Shown one piece after another: positions 50,031 through 62,255 of a stretch of DNA of 64,000 nucleotides. Source of the stretch: Mytilus edulis (taxonomy: Eukaryota); contig NC_092354.1 of NCBI RefSeq assembly GCF_963676685.1, positions 28,396,001 through 28,460,000 on the forward strand. The letters are read 5' to 3'. Each line of letters starts with the position of its first letter. Position 1 is the stretch's first letter. A program made the translations under genes and the position numbers. The notes below the pieces were generated by a model. The model made no database searches. It saw only the letters and a list, made by a program, of their open reading frames with translations, and was not told the DNA's origin.

Positions 50031-51453
50031 TTAATTTTTTGAATAAAAATATTGATTTTAAAACAAGTTTTTGTTTCTGTAGCCATATGTATTTTACTTA
50101 CGATAGAAATTTTATGCAATTGCAACAGTTTAGTAGTTCCATTAAAAGAGTCGACAGCTAAAAGAGCAAGGTCACTGTGACTGTTTTTAGAGAGAAAAAA
50201 AGGTTGCTGTGTGATTTTTTATTGCAGACAGATGGAAAATATGGCGTACACATGCCCATCAATTTTTGAGCCAGCAAGTCAAAAGTCAAGGTTACTGTCT
50301 ATGGGGAAACATCTAAAGTGTGTTTCACTTGTTTTGGACAAAGTCGGGAAGAACTATTGGAGTACCTACGGTGTCCATCCACACCTTGGTAGAGGTTAAC
50401 AACTGAGTTAATACCTCGGGTAGGTCAGCATCCAGGCAAAAGTAGGTCACTGTGACATTTTATGCTTTATCAATGATTGGTTAAGTTTTCTGTACGAGTG
50501 TATTTATCAGTAACTATAAGGTGTAGGGCCATGTAACTTGTACACAGATGTATCTGGGATATCCAGACAAAAGTAGGTCACTGTGACCTACTTTTTATGT
50601 TCACTAACTTTTGGTTAAGATTTATGTCTTGAGTCCATGCAACTTTTAGTTGTAGGATTATGTAAACTGGTACACAGATACGTCTGGAGTAGTAGGTAAG
50701 CACCCATGCAAACTACATTCTATGCTTCATCGACTGTTAATTTGGCATCTTTGAAATAGGTGAGGGCAGATCCAGGAATACACCCTAGCCTGAATCTGCA
50801 CCTGATGTTTTATAGTTCAATGTTCCTTTATCTGCCCTATTAGGTTACAGTTTTGAATCACTGTCGTAAACATTTATGGAAGTGGGAGGTTTACCAATTG
50901 CAGCATGCATTGTTTCATGAAAAAGCCTGTTCCAAGTCGGGATATGACAATTTTGTTTGTTGGTTGTTATGAATAGTTCTGTGATTTTTCCAATTAGTTT
51001 TGTAATTCGCCATCTGAAAAATTAAAATACTGTGGGTATAAATTTTCAAACTCAGTTGTTTGTGTTACATTCAGTGACATTTGATTTGTATGTACTTTTT
51101 TTTTCTGGCATCCTTGTCAATGAATGTCTGTGTTCACCTTTTTGTTAGTGTTGAAATATGTAGCATTTGCTCAGGTGCTTTAACTTTTGGGATAAATATA
51201 TCCAGGAACCAAGATCTCGATTTTGTCAGAAAATGTAAACCCAATTCATTGTTGCAGGCTGTATGGTAACCTCTATTTCCAACAAACCAGTTTGCCTGGT
51301 CATTGTTCTTATGAGATATTTAAACTGTGTCTTATTTTATCAATATGGCCTGAAAATCTGCAGAAATATTTAATGAATGGGCAACAATAAATCAATATCA
51401 AATTTAAAGTAAGCTTTTATATAAACACAGTAATAGTCACTTTCATCTGAGCA

Positions 51454-53231
51454 CTAGAGTAGATGTCGTGCAATATTGTCACGTTTCAAAAAACCCTCTG
51501 CCTCTTCATCATTTATTTGAACTATATGTCTATTATTGACAACATCATCATCATCTTGTTGAACTAAGAAGTCGTCAATATTATCATTTGTGAGTATACA
51601 AATATTATGTAAAACACAACAAATCATTATGATCTCAACTGAAGTGTCCAATTTTATAGTCTCCAAGTATTTTAAACGCCTGAATCTGCCCTTGAGTAGT
51701 GCAAATGCTCTTTCTATTACTACACGATTTGAAGAATGATATTGATTGTACTTTTTTTGTTGATCAGTAAGATGTCCATTGTCTCTAAATGGTGTGAGCA
51801 ACCATCTGCGAGTTGGGTAAGCTGCATCTCCTAAAATATGATTTGCCATATTGCACATTCGCAAGCCATTTGTCCACAAGTCTGATTGTTTTAAAACTCT
51901 GGAATCATGAACGCTTCCAGGATATCCAGCGTAAATGTGGGAGAAAAACATATTATGTCTACATACAGCTTGAACTTGGATCGAATGAAACCCTTTACGA
52001 TTAACATACGATTGTGGATGTGAAGATGGTGCTTTAATCCTTATATGGGTTCCATCTACGGCACCAACTATGCCAGGAAACCCATTCCTTTGTTGGAAAG
52101 CATTAACTTCATCCTGCATTTCATGTTGAGTTGGCCAAGAAATAATTTTTTGCTTCAGATTGTTCAGTATTGCAGCAGTTACTCTCTCCCTGCACATTAT
52201 GACTGTTGATTCTGAGACTCCAAATCGATCTGCAATCTTTCTAATAGTATCTAGACTCCCAACATACCATAACGTAATTAATACTTGTTTTTCAACAGTT
52301 ACTACATCACTTCCACCTGTCTGTGTTGGCTGCAATTCAGGACAGTCCCTTAAATAAGTACAAATTCTATCAAATGTTGCACGAGACATCCTGAACATCC
52401 TTCTAAACGACTCTTCGTCATACTGTGGAATAATCTCCTCCACATAGCCATATATCTTAGGACGCAGTTCCGGTTCCCTGCAAAATACAATAAAACATTA
52501 AGTAAGAACCAACCATTTATTCTATTAAACCCAAATAAAAGGTGGGGGGTCTAGTTTTTTCCTAAAAAAATAATTTGATCACTCTGAATTTTCAGAAAAA
52601 AATATTATTTGGTCAGGAAGGTGATGAAGAAAATCTTTTAAATACCATATAAATAATGAAGAAAATCTTTTAAATACCATATAAATAATTTTGACCAAAA
52701 ATATTTTGGTAGACAACGTTAAACAAAACAACAGGAAATTTTTGACTGTCATGTTCATTTTGTATCTGCCAAAAATATTCCCAACTCGGTCATGTCAGTG
52801 GAAAAACCATTGTCCCACCCAGTTAAATATATGTCTAAGCAAAAAATTGTGGAATCCAGGTTTTTGTTAAATCATGTCTTGTACTTTTCCTTAAAAAGTT
52901 TATCGATAGATATCCAGATAAGATAGATAAATATGCTGTTTCATTTTTTAAACATCCAAGATGGGTTTGGTTGAATTCTGTGCAGTATTCATGTACTGAT
53001 TTAATCAGATCACTCTGACTTCACAAATTGATATGGTTGATTCATTTGTATCAGTCATACAACTTATTTTCTACATAAAAACAATATATTGTGCAAAATA
53101 TACCACACACACACGTACATTAAATTGGTCAGCAATGGCAGAATAGGAATAATATCCATAGGATCTTCATATTGGTCGTCTTCATCGTCAATGACGGTCA
53201 ATGCCGCAATAATTGCAACCCCAACCTCCAT
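51454..53231 (-). CDS. PIF/Harbinger DDE transposase (HARBI1-like, DDE_Tnp_4), 2 exons, ~378 aa
   Basis: Exon 1 is 53231-53119 (MEVGVAII...LLTNL, donor GTACGT). Exon 2 is 52477-51454 (acceptor TTTTGCAG, phase 2, in frame). Motifs FRMSRATF, HTH IADRFGVSESTV, GAVDGTHI, NRKGFHS, GYPGSVHDSRV, LGDAAY, RVVIERAFALLKGRFRRL, CCVLHN; catalytic residues intact. Confidence 0.95.
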
Positions 53232-54460
53232 ATTGAATTTGATACATCCGGTTCCGTTCCGTTCGGGTGGCGTATGGAATTGGAACTGACGGAACCTGTT
53301 CGGAACTTGCCAGCCGAGCGCAACCATTGACTCTGTATTTGGAGTAATAATTTTTCAATTCCTTAATATGACTTAGAAATGATATTGTTATTATTCGTTC
53401 TTTCCTGTGTGGATGTTTGAAAAGTGATAACGATTCTAATTTTTTTACAAAACATCACCAAGATTTATTATGGTATGGTCTATAATCTATCCGAAATCCG
53501 AGTCGTCATTTGGCATACTAGTAATATACATTTGAAAATGTCGTTTCTGTCCTTTTGGGTTTTGTCTATTATCAGAGTTGTTTACCAAAGGTGTAATGTT
53601 ATTTCTCTTAAACATGAAACCTTTTCAAGGATACCTTTCAATAAGGACAGGGACATAAGCAATAAAACAATCAGTCCAATCCTTAACAGAAGAACTTTGT
53701 TTTGTATTACCAGCATACCGCCTGTAATGCCAATGGTGTTTTTATTTGTTTGACTGTTGGAATTGTTGCGATGCATAAGGGACAAATCAATATATTCAAA
53801 ATTCCAAATCTTACCCTTAAGCTTTTGACTTATAAATATATCAACCTCTTTAAACCAGGCAACATTTTAGGTTCATTAAAAACTTCAATAACCTCACCTA
53901 CGGCAGCTAATTGAGGTTCATTCTCTTGCAATTCTACATCTGGTTGCAAGGCAACAAAATGAGTTTCATCAACCCTCCGTCTTCTTACTACAGGGACATC
54001 TTCATCAACCTCAACTTGAGGACGCCTTCTCTCATTCCTAACTGGTGCCAGATATCAACTAAGAAACGGCTTCCAGGCTTGGAAGCATGGATTTAAAAAT
54101 GCCATCAGCTCAGAGGAGGCGTTAAAAAGATCTTGTCAATATAATAGTGAGTATTGTTTTATATTTGACAAATTAAATGTATGTTTGGTTTCTCCTATTT
54201 CTGTTTTTTAGGCAAGTGCAAAGAAAATGCAAGCAGCGTGGTCTTTAAAATCTAGGACGAAAATGTATGAAATCCCCTATGTCGCACACCTGGGTTTGTG
54301 TTCATCTTCAACAAAGGACTCTCTTCACACTGAAATCTCCGATAGAATTCTATGAAGATTTTTTTTTAAGTACCTTTTCATCTTTTTGACGTTTGAATAC
54401 ATTATTAATATTTGAAAAACTCATAAATTGGTAATAATCTACCCTTTACTAATCATTTAA

Positions 54461-55012
54461 GGGGGTTCGCGGGTCTAAATCATTTATATAGGATTTCTCT
54501 ATATTTTTCTATAAATGAACTATCTAAAAGTTAATAGAAAAATAAAATAAAAAGTGGGGTCACCGTTCATTTGCGCTCACAATCTGCATTCGAAAGAAGC
54601 ATATATTTTTGTAAAAGTGAGTTTTTTCTGTTGTGAAGTAATAGGAGAAATAAAGTTAATATCGAAATAAAATAAGAAATTTATTACAGAAATCGCTCAA
54701 ATTTTACAATAATTTAGTTTAAGTACAGCTTATGTGGAAATTATATATAAAAATATAGGTCACCGATGAGTTGAAAAAGATATTTCAATTTTAAAGCCAA
54801 AAAATTGCATTTTTCCACCAAAGGGAGATAATTTGGAACTTTTTCAATGATGTATACATTTTAAAAGTCATCCGGGGCCAACAAGAATTGATTTTTTTGA
54901 ATGATTTTTGTACCATATGATAAAGTAACAACTACAAAAGGTAACAAATAAAATTTGTATTGAAAAACAAATGTTTTATTTTTTTCTGAAATTCTTATAC
55001 CCTCGAGCCTCC
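54461..55012. mobile_element. Non-autonomous DNA transposon with TTAA TSD (Kolobok-like)
   Basis: TTAA at 54457-54460 and 55013-55016. Imperfect TIRs GGGGGTTCGCGGGT and (reverse complement) GGAGGCTCGAGGGT. Confidence 0.75.
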
Positions 55013-55164
55013 TTAAGTGTAATTTCATGGACAATGAACATCCCATTTGTCTTTTCTTCAGAACACTGCTCATTTACAAGCCCCCAACATTTGCCTAAGG
55101 AGCAATTTTTGACGGCCTTGCTCAAATACTTTGCGCAATCAGTTTCTTTGTTGAATTAATGATT

Positions 55165-55590
55165 GATATTGATTGTTGGTTGCTTAACGTCCAGCGGCAA
55201 ATATTTCATGCATATTCAGGACGAGAACAAGTTCACAATAAATACAATAGGTATGTTGATACAATAGAGGCCATCTGGGATGATGGTCGGGGAAATTTGG
55301 ACTGCCACTGGAAAATGAGGGTATATTGGATAGGGACAGAAATTTAGCCTTGCAACAGGCCACCTACGGACCCCTCAAAGAGTTGTTGCAAGGGTTCTTA
55401 ACGTGCAAAGAGCGTGGCACTCTCTGTACTCTCTGTTAACGTCCCCCTTCTGACCGGACGTGACTGCGAACTTGATACATCCCGCACAGCCAAACGGACG
55501 CCCCACTTCGGCAAGCGTTTTACTGCCGGTCGGGAGAAGACCAAGTGACCATATTTCTATACCCCAGTCACCCTTGGGGTGTGTTGAATT
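55165..55590 (-). repeat. SINE-like interspersed repeat
   Basis: Related fragments at 9325-9520, 18960-19000, 30620-30660 and 41430-41515 (opposite strand). GATT-microsatellite-like tail. No tRNA-like head seen. Confidence 0.55.
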
Positions 55591-56273
55591 AATGAGACGA
55601 CACATTGAACCAAAAAAAATATGAGCAAAGCTGGGAAAAAATCATTAAAGGCATGAATTGACATCTCAAAACTTGAGGACTTTTGAGGGATTGTAAGAAA
55701 AATTTACTTATACAAGTAAATTTTTGAGAAAACTTAGGGGAGATTATTCAAACATTATTTATTTACTTATATGTGTATATTTTTTGTTTACTTCTTCAAG
55801 TAAATAAAAATAACTTGTGCAAGTAGTACACCTGACTGATATACATGTAGATGATATACCTTTGTTCAGTGCATATCATGAAGAAACCTTTGTGATGTGA
55901 ATATATTGTTCCAGGACTTAACCATCCCAGTTAATGTTTTAAATCCTTGAGTTTAATAAATTTCACATCTTTTGTGTTAGCCTGAATACTTTTAACTTAT
56001 TCATTTGTTATTACAGCTTGCATTAAATAATGCTTTGCAGCTCAGACATAGCTTTTTTTAATTTAATTAAGTTACTTTCCCAATTTCATTTTAATAAGTC
56101 AATATTCAGATTACTCTTAAACTTTAATAAGTCAATATTCAGATTACTCTTAAACTTGCATTCAAATTAATGGTCAACTTGAAAATTGCTAATAAAAGGT
56201 ATCGTGGTTAACATTCAATTTAAGGTGTATTGTTTAGAAATTTATTACAAGATCGTATCCAAAACTGAATATA

Positions 56274-56626
56274 TAGTTATCAAAGGTACCAGGATTATAA
56301 TTTAGTACGCCAGACGCGCGTTTCGTCTACATAAGACTCATCAGTGACGCTCATATCAAAATATTTATAAAGCCAAACAAGTACAAAGTTGAAGAGCATT
56401 GAGGATCCAAAATTCCAAAAAGTTGTGCCAAATACGGCTAAGGTAATCTATGCCTGGAATAAGAAAATCCTTAGTTTTTCAAAAATTTCAAAGTTTGGTA
56501 AACAGGAAATTTATAAAAATGACCACATTATTGATATTCATGTCAACACCGAAGTGTTGACTACTGGGCTGGTGATACCCTCGGGGACGAAACGTCCACC
56601 AGCAGTGGCATCGACCCAGTGGTGTA
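56274..56626 (-). repeat. Retrozyme-family monomer copy
   Basis: Reverse complement of one ~356-bp unit. Confidence 0.85.
56307..56350 (-). ncRNA. Type I hammerhead ribozyme
   Basis: Reverse complement reads GCGTCA-CTGATGA-GTCT(TATGT)AGAC-GAAA-CGCGC-GTC-TGGCGT. Confidence 0.85.
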
Positions 56627-57377
56627 AAAAGTGACCTTCTCCTTTTCTTATCGGATCCTATCGCTTAAAAGATTTTGCATCGCCCATTATACAATCAGAA
56701 ATACTTATCTAAAGACTACTGTATTCTTACACTTAAGTTTAACAATAATCGCTGCTTAACCCTAATCTTATCCTTAGTTTTATTTCAAACCTATCTAACA
56801 TTCAAAACTGTTTCACGGACAACTGTTGTCTTGCATTGTATTTTTACCCACGTCGATTTTAATATTTTTTAACAAGACAGCAGTTCAACAACAGTATATA
56901 AACATCTTCATCCATTTGATAAAACGATGTACAGAGAAACTTTTGCATGGGTACTTTTTCTATTCCATAAATATGTAGTACTGGAATCTTCTTTTAATAT
57001 TTAATGCTATGTTGTTACTTTCAAATCATTGCAATATTAAGGTACCTGTATTTTACAGTACTTGATTTTTTTACTAGAAATTTTAAGTCTATATGTTTTT
57101 GGTTACACCGTCACATTTTCTGCATTCTGAAAGTTTGTCTATTTCAAATTTCTTTAAGTTATGATTTTCAAATATGGAATATTGTTGGTATTATTTCTGT
57201 ACCAAAACTTTAAATACAAATCAAGTACTATAAAATACAGGTACCTAAACTTACAATATGTTTAAAGTGAAGAAATAGTACTAGATATTAAAAGTTTATT
57301 TCCAGTACTACAGATTTTAAGTACAGAAAAAGTACAAATTCAAAAGTAGAAACCTTAACAATAGACAATGGGAAGAT

Positions 57378-58120
57378 TTAATGTTTACCTTCCTTGCTTT
57401 TACACACAGTGTCCACCCTGTTGTACACATGGTTTTTCATTTTGTCCGTTTCTTCCCAATATTTGTGAATAACTCCTTCTGCGAATATTTTCTCCTTTAC
57501 GTGATTTGCTCTCTTGTAATCTAACTTTTTACACATATCCTGAATGAATTGGTTTCCCTTATCATACGGTTTCCATTCGAATCTTCTTTTCTTCACTGTC
57601 TTTTCCTTCCTCAGAACAACTTGGAATAGCACCGCTTGGTGAAACGTGAGCGATTGGTTGAATAGCGAAACATACTTCTGTTTCTTCTGAATAGTCACAG
57701 GAAATTTCACTATTGGTTTCAGCGATGCATTCCTTTGGTGTACTGGTATGTGGTGTCTGGTTTATTGCAATGTATTCCGTGACTGGGATATTTTCCGCCG
57801 AAAGAAGGTCTCTCTCCAACCCAGGAAACACTTCAAAGATTGTAGTGCTAAAGTTGTCTCTGTCAGTTGCATTTGAATGAGTCTTTATGCTCAATGTTGC
57901 ATTGTTCAGACAGCTCTCAATCTCATCTTTTTGAGAAGATTTCAACATGGTTAGATCTTTTCTTATATTTTCCAAAGCTTGGTCATTAGTTTTGTTATAT
58001 AAGTCAATGTCATTCTTTATTTTTTTTCAGTTCAATGTTGTATGTTGCGATGGTAACACCTAACAAGGCTATTTCATTCTGGTTCTGAGATTCATTTTGG
58101 TTTTCATCAACCTCCATGTA
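57378..58120 (-). pseudogene. Frameshifted coding-like region (coiled-coil start), unidentified
   Basis: Overlapping 137-aa and 110-aa minus ORFs with protein-like composition; extends upstream across a homopolymer run at ~58020. Confidence 0.35.
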
Positions 58121-60227
58121 TAATTATAAAAATTTCTTTTTCATTGGAATAATTTTATATAATATTTTAAAAGTGCATTTCATCTGTTTTTATGGTATTT
58201 TCACTTGATAGATATATGTAGCTTCTATGCACTAAAATATTAGTATCTGAGGTTATGGAAACTGCAAAATTAAACCTAGACTGTGGTAATTTGTATTATA
58301 GAATATTTAAAAAATCTGTAATTATCTTAGTGTCTTTCAAAATCTTTGAGTGTTTTAATCTCAGCATTGAGTTAACCTATTTAGTTGAAAATAAAAGTTG
58401 CTATCCTTCTCCACTGGTCTAATCAAGGATGCATATAAAGTCTGTATTTATCTTATAGTAAAACGTGCTTTAAATGTTGACGTATGTTTTGACATAATTT
58501 ATTGGTAATGTAGTTCATGGCACCTTAATGAATACTTTTTTTCTGAAGGTTTGCTACAGATTCTGTTTATGGCTGGTGCACTTGGTAGGCCAATCCAGCA
58601 GTACTCTGAAATAAAGCGATATGGGTATGACATTTGCCTGCAGCCCATGCCCATGCCAAAAAGGGGATAGTGTGTGGATCAAGTTTAAAGCCACTTCAGT
58701 TCAAATGCACCATGTCGCGCCATTGCTAAAAGTAAGAGGTAAGTCTTTCTTTTATAAAATTTAAAAAAATTAAAAGTCCCATGAGTCAAATTAGTCAACC
58801 TCTTCAGACTCCTCTCAACAAATCAACACAGAACCAAAGTGTACGAGTTTTCAGAGCTCCATGAGGTCATTGCTTACACGAGTCGTATGCACAGAATGTG
58901 GAGTTGATAACCTACAATGGAGCATCAATGGAAGTAAACTTTCTCTGCATGGTAGGGTCATCAGACATTTTGGGAATCCCTGCCATTAGTCAAGGGCAAT
59001 CCAGCTGGTAATTTCATGGTGGCAACAGCGATATTCGTTAAAAAATATATAAGTATTTTGGTACATGTCATATGGTCAATCGCTTTGGAACGGACTTGAA
59101 AATATCCCGGTCGTCAAAAGACTATTGTTTTTACAAGAAAAACAAAATTCAGAAGGATAGTTTCTTGACACCAAACAAATACAAGTTTAATTTTACAGAA
59201 GGGGCAGGAAAAGATCTTGCTAGAAGAAAGAAGGAAGATCTGGGAAATCTGGTATTTAGCAACAGCTTTACACTGCCGGGGGTATATCAAGGTAAAACAG
59301 TCAGCTTGATAATAAATCTTCAGTAATATATATTTTTCACTAAAATCAAACACATGATTTATCCCAAAACACATTGCTTCTGATATTCTATATTTGCCTC
59401 TGTCTTATCTTTTACAAGGGATATGAATTAATGAGGTTAGTCAATCTTAGAACAATTTCAAGATTTGAAAAAATATTTGGAATTCATACATTTTTTGAAG
59501 TTTTACTGAAAAGCAGTAGAGTGTTTACTATAACAAGATAATTGAAAGAAGTTTAAAACTCTAAATCACCATTTATTTAAAAAAAAAAATAATTTTCCAA
59601 TCACAACATTAATGTTAATGTCACCTCTGTCATTGTCTTGACTACATGAATTTCTTTTGCAAGTAACTACACAATGTTATTTTAATAAAAAGTGTCAACT
59701 TTGTAGATCTGAAAGAGGAAATGCAAGGAAAAGGAAGAGGTGCCCAATTGTCAGGGGCAGGGGGAAGAAGGGAAAACAAGACAAAGGGAAACGTAAATAT
59801 TGTTTTATTTTATTCATTCATGAAATATTTGCTTATTGTTTAGATTAAAAGATGTTTGGTAATCATTAATGAAAAAGTTTTAAAACAGGTTAACTTAAAA
59901 AGCCATAGGGCAACATCAAGGTCTCCTACAATTGAAAAGTGTTTCAAATATGATTGAGATTTAGTATAAAAAGTTTTATTATAATTGTTTGTGAACACTT
60001 AATTAGGGTTAAGTTATATTAAAGGTAGATATTTACTTTTTACTATAATTTTATCGCAAGTCTTTATTTTGAAGGAAAATGTTAAGCAACTGCACCTATT
60101 TAATTTTAGAATTAGTGAAAGTGAAGAGCCTTTAATGCAGAAAAATGTATTCATCCTTTAACTAGGTTTTGGAAAGTATGGTATTCAGGTTGCTAAACTT
60201 ATTTCTATGATGATTTCAAATTTATTT

Positions 60228-60506
60228 GTTTATGCCCCATTAATGAGCATTATCCATTCCGGTCTGAACGTCTGTTCCTGTGTTCGTATGTCTTTCTCGC
60301 CTCAGGCGAAAGTTTTTTTGTCGACGTAGTTTTTGATGAAGGTGAAATTTAATCAAATTGAAACTTAGTAAACATGTTCCCTATGGTATGTTTTTTTCTG
60401 ATTTTTTAATGCTAAATTAAGAGATTGTATCCCATTTTCACGGCACACAAAACATAGAAAATGATGTACGGATGGGGCATTCGTGTACTTGGGACACATT
60501 CTTGTT
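60228..60506 (+). mobile_element. Short HINE-type element
   Basis: SubTIR ATGCCCCA and inverted TGGGGCAT, 3' hairpin GTGT...ACAC, then TTGTT. Confidence 0.6.
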
Positions 60507-61358
60507 CTTTTAATTATAAATCTGAAAAGTTCTCTCTTTTAAATGGACAAAAACTTCTTAAGTTGCTGAAAGCATTCTAAGGATTTACATGAAGGAAAAT
60601 ACTCCTCATCTGCTTATACTATGTTCATATATAGATACTTGGTTGTACATGAAGAATATTCAATTGGGCTTTGCGATATAATTTTCATTTGAATTATTTT
60701 ACATTGTCATTTCGGGGCCTCTTGTAGCTGACTAAGCGGTAAAGGCTTTTTCTCATTGTCAAAGGTGAGTGTGTCATTTGGTCTCTTGTGGAGAGTTGAC
60801 TCATTGGTAATCATACCACATCTTCTTTTGTATTCGCAATGTTCTAATTTTTCTGACGTCAGACACTCAAATCAATCCATGTGTTCGTAGATAGTAGATG
60901 TTTTTGTGTCCTGTTAAATTGTTCCTTTTAAAATTGTTATACGATGATGACTGATGTACCCATATTTTGACTATTTTATTAATTGTGACTGTTTATTTAA
61001 CGCATCATGTAAATGTAGCGGAATTTGATGAGACTGTTATTAAAGTGAGAGGGTTAGCGCTATAGAACCAGGTTTAATCCACCATTTTCTACATTTGAAA
61101 ATGCCTGTACCAAGTCAGGAATATGACAGTTCTTGTCCATTCGTTTTTGATGCGTTTTGTTTTTTTGATTTTGCCATGTGATTATGGACTTTCCAAATTG
61201 ATTTTCCTCTGAGTGCAGTATTTTTGTGATTTTACTTTTTACATAATTTTCAAAGAGAAAGAAAAAAAGTTGATTTGGAAAATATTTTACAAGCTCAATT
61301 GAAATTAACAATATTGAAAGAGCCATTTCGAAAGCTTATACAAAACTGGGCTCAACGT

Positions 61359-61514
61359 CTTCATCATATATGTCATTCCTAACGAACACTCGAGCAGAAG
61401 ACAGTATTATACACTATCATGAACACTTAGATGTAATGGCTTCATCATGTATGTCATTCCTAACGAACACTCGAGCAGAAGACAGTATTATACACTGTCA
61501 TGAACACTTAGATA
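61359..61514. repeat. 81-bp tandem duplication
   Basis: CTTCATCAT...GAACACTTAGAT at 61359 and 61440. Confidence 0.9.
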
Positions 61515-61839
61515 CAATGGCTAAATGTGAGAAATCAGTAGACGAGGCAAGACAGATAGAAGATGCACGCACGCTGTAATGAACAACAGAAACAACAAGA
61601 TCCCGATCTTGTTTAGGATATACACATTATGGTTATATTGCAGACACAATTTCACCCTATCTCAGATTTGCTCTAAATGCTTAGGTTTCAGAGTTAGAAG
61701 CCAAAATCTACATTTTACCTGCATGTTCTATTTTAAGCCATGGTGGCCATCTCGGTTGGTTGACCGGGTCAAACCACACATTTTTTAAATTAGATACGAC
61801 AATGATGATTTGGGCTAAGTTTGGTTAAATTTTGTCTAT

Positions 61840-62255
61840 CTGATAAGTCAAGCCTTTTTCAACTGATTTTTATAGTTCGTTCTTATGTTGTACTGTAATA
61901 CCATTGTCCAAGGTTAGGGGGAGGGTTTGGATCCCGCGAACATGTTTAACCCCGCCACATTATTTATGTATGTGCCTGTCCCAAGTCAGGAGCCTCAAAT
62001 TAAGTGGTTGTCGTTTGTTTATGTGTTACATATTTGTTTTTCGTTCATTTTGTTTACATAAATAAGGCTGTTAGTTTTCTCGCATGAATTGTTTTACATT
62101 GTCTTATTGGGCCCTTTTATAGCTGACTATATGCGGTATGGGCTTTGCTCATTGTTGAAGGCCGTACGGTGACCTATAATTGTTAATGTTTGTGTCATTT
62201 TTGGTCTTTTCTGGATAGTTGTCTCATTGGCAATCATACCACATCTTTTTTATAT
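61840..62255 (+). repeat. Abundant interspersed repeat, longest copy in the window
   Basis: GGCCCTTTTATAGCTG...TGTTGAAGGCCGTACGGTGACC...CTCATTGGCAATCATACCACATCTT, with related copies at 450-600, 35610-35870 and 60700-60835. Confidence 0.7.

Larger units (their letters stand above)
42418..53325. mobile_element. Autonomous PIF/Harbinger DNA transposon, 10,908 bp
   Basis: Left TIR GGGTGCGCTCGGCTGACAGGTTC (42418-42440) versus right TIR reverse complement GGTTGCGCTCGGCTGGCAAGTTC (53303-53325): 20/23 match. ATT TSD at 42415-42417 and 53326-53328. Contains convergent transposase and Myb/SANT genes. Confidence 0.93.

Noticed and set aside
51454-53231. Domesticated host HARBI1 gene
   Set aside because: Bounded by TIRs and a TSD and paired with a Myb gene, so it is a transposon; no gene symbol given.
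53064-53327. 87-aa ORF as a standalone gene
   Set aside because: Its 5' part is TIR and subterminal sequence; only 53231-53119 is transposase exon 1.
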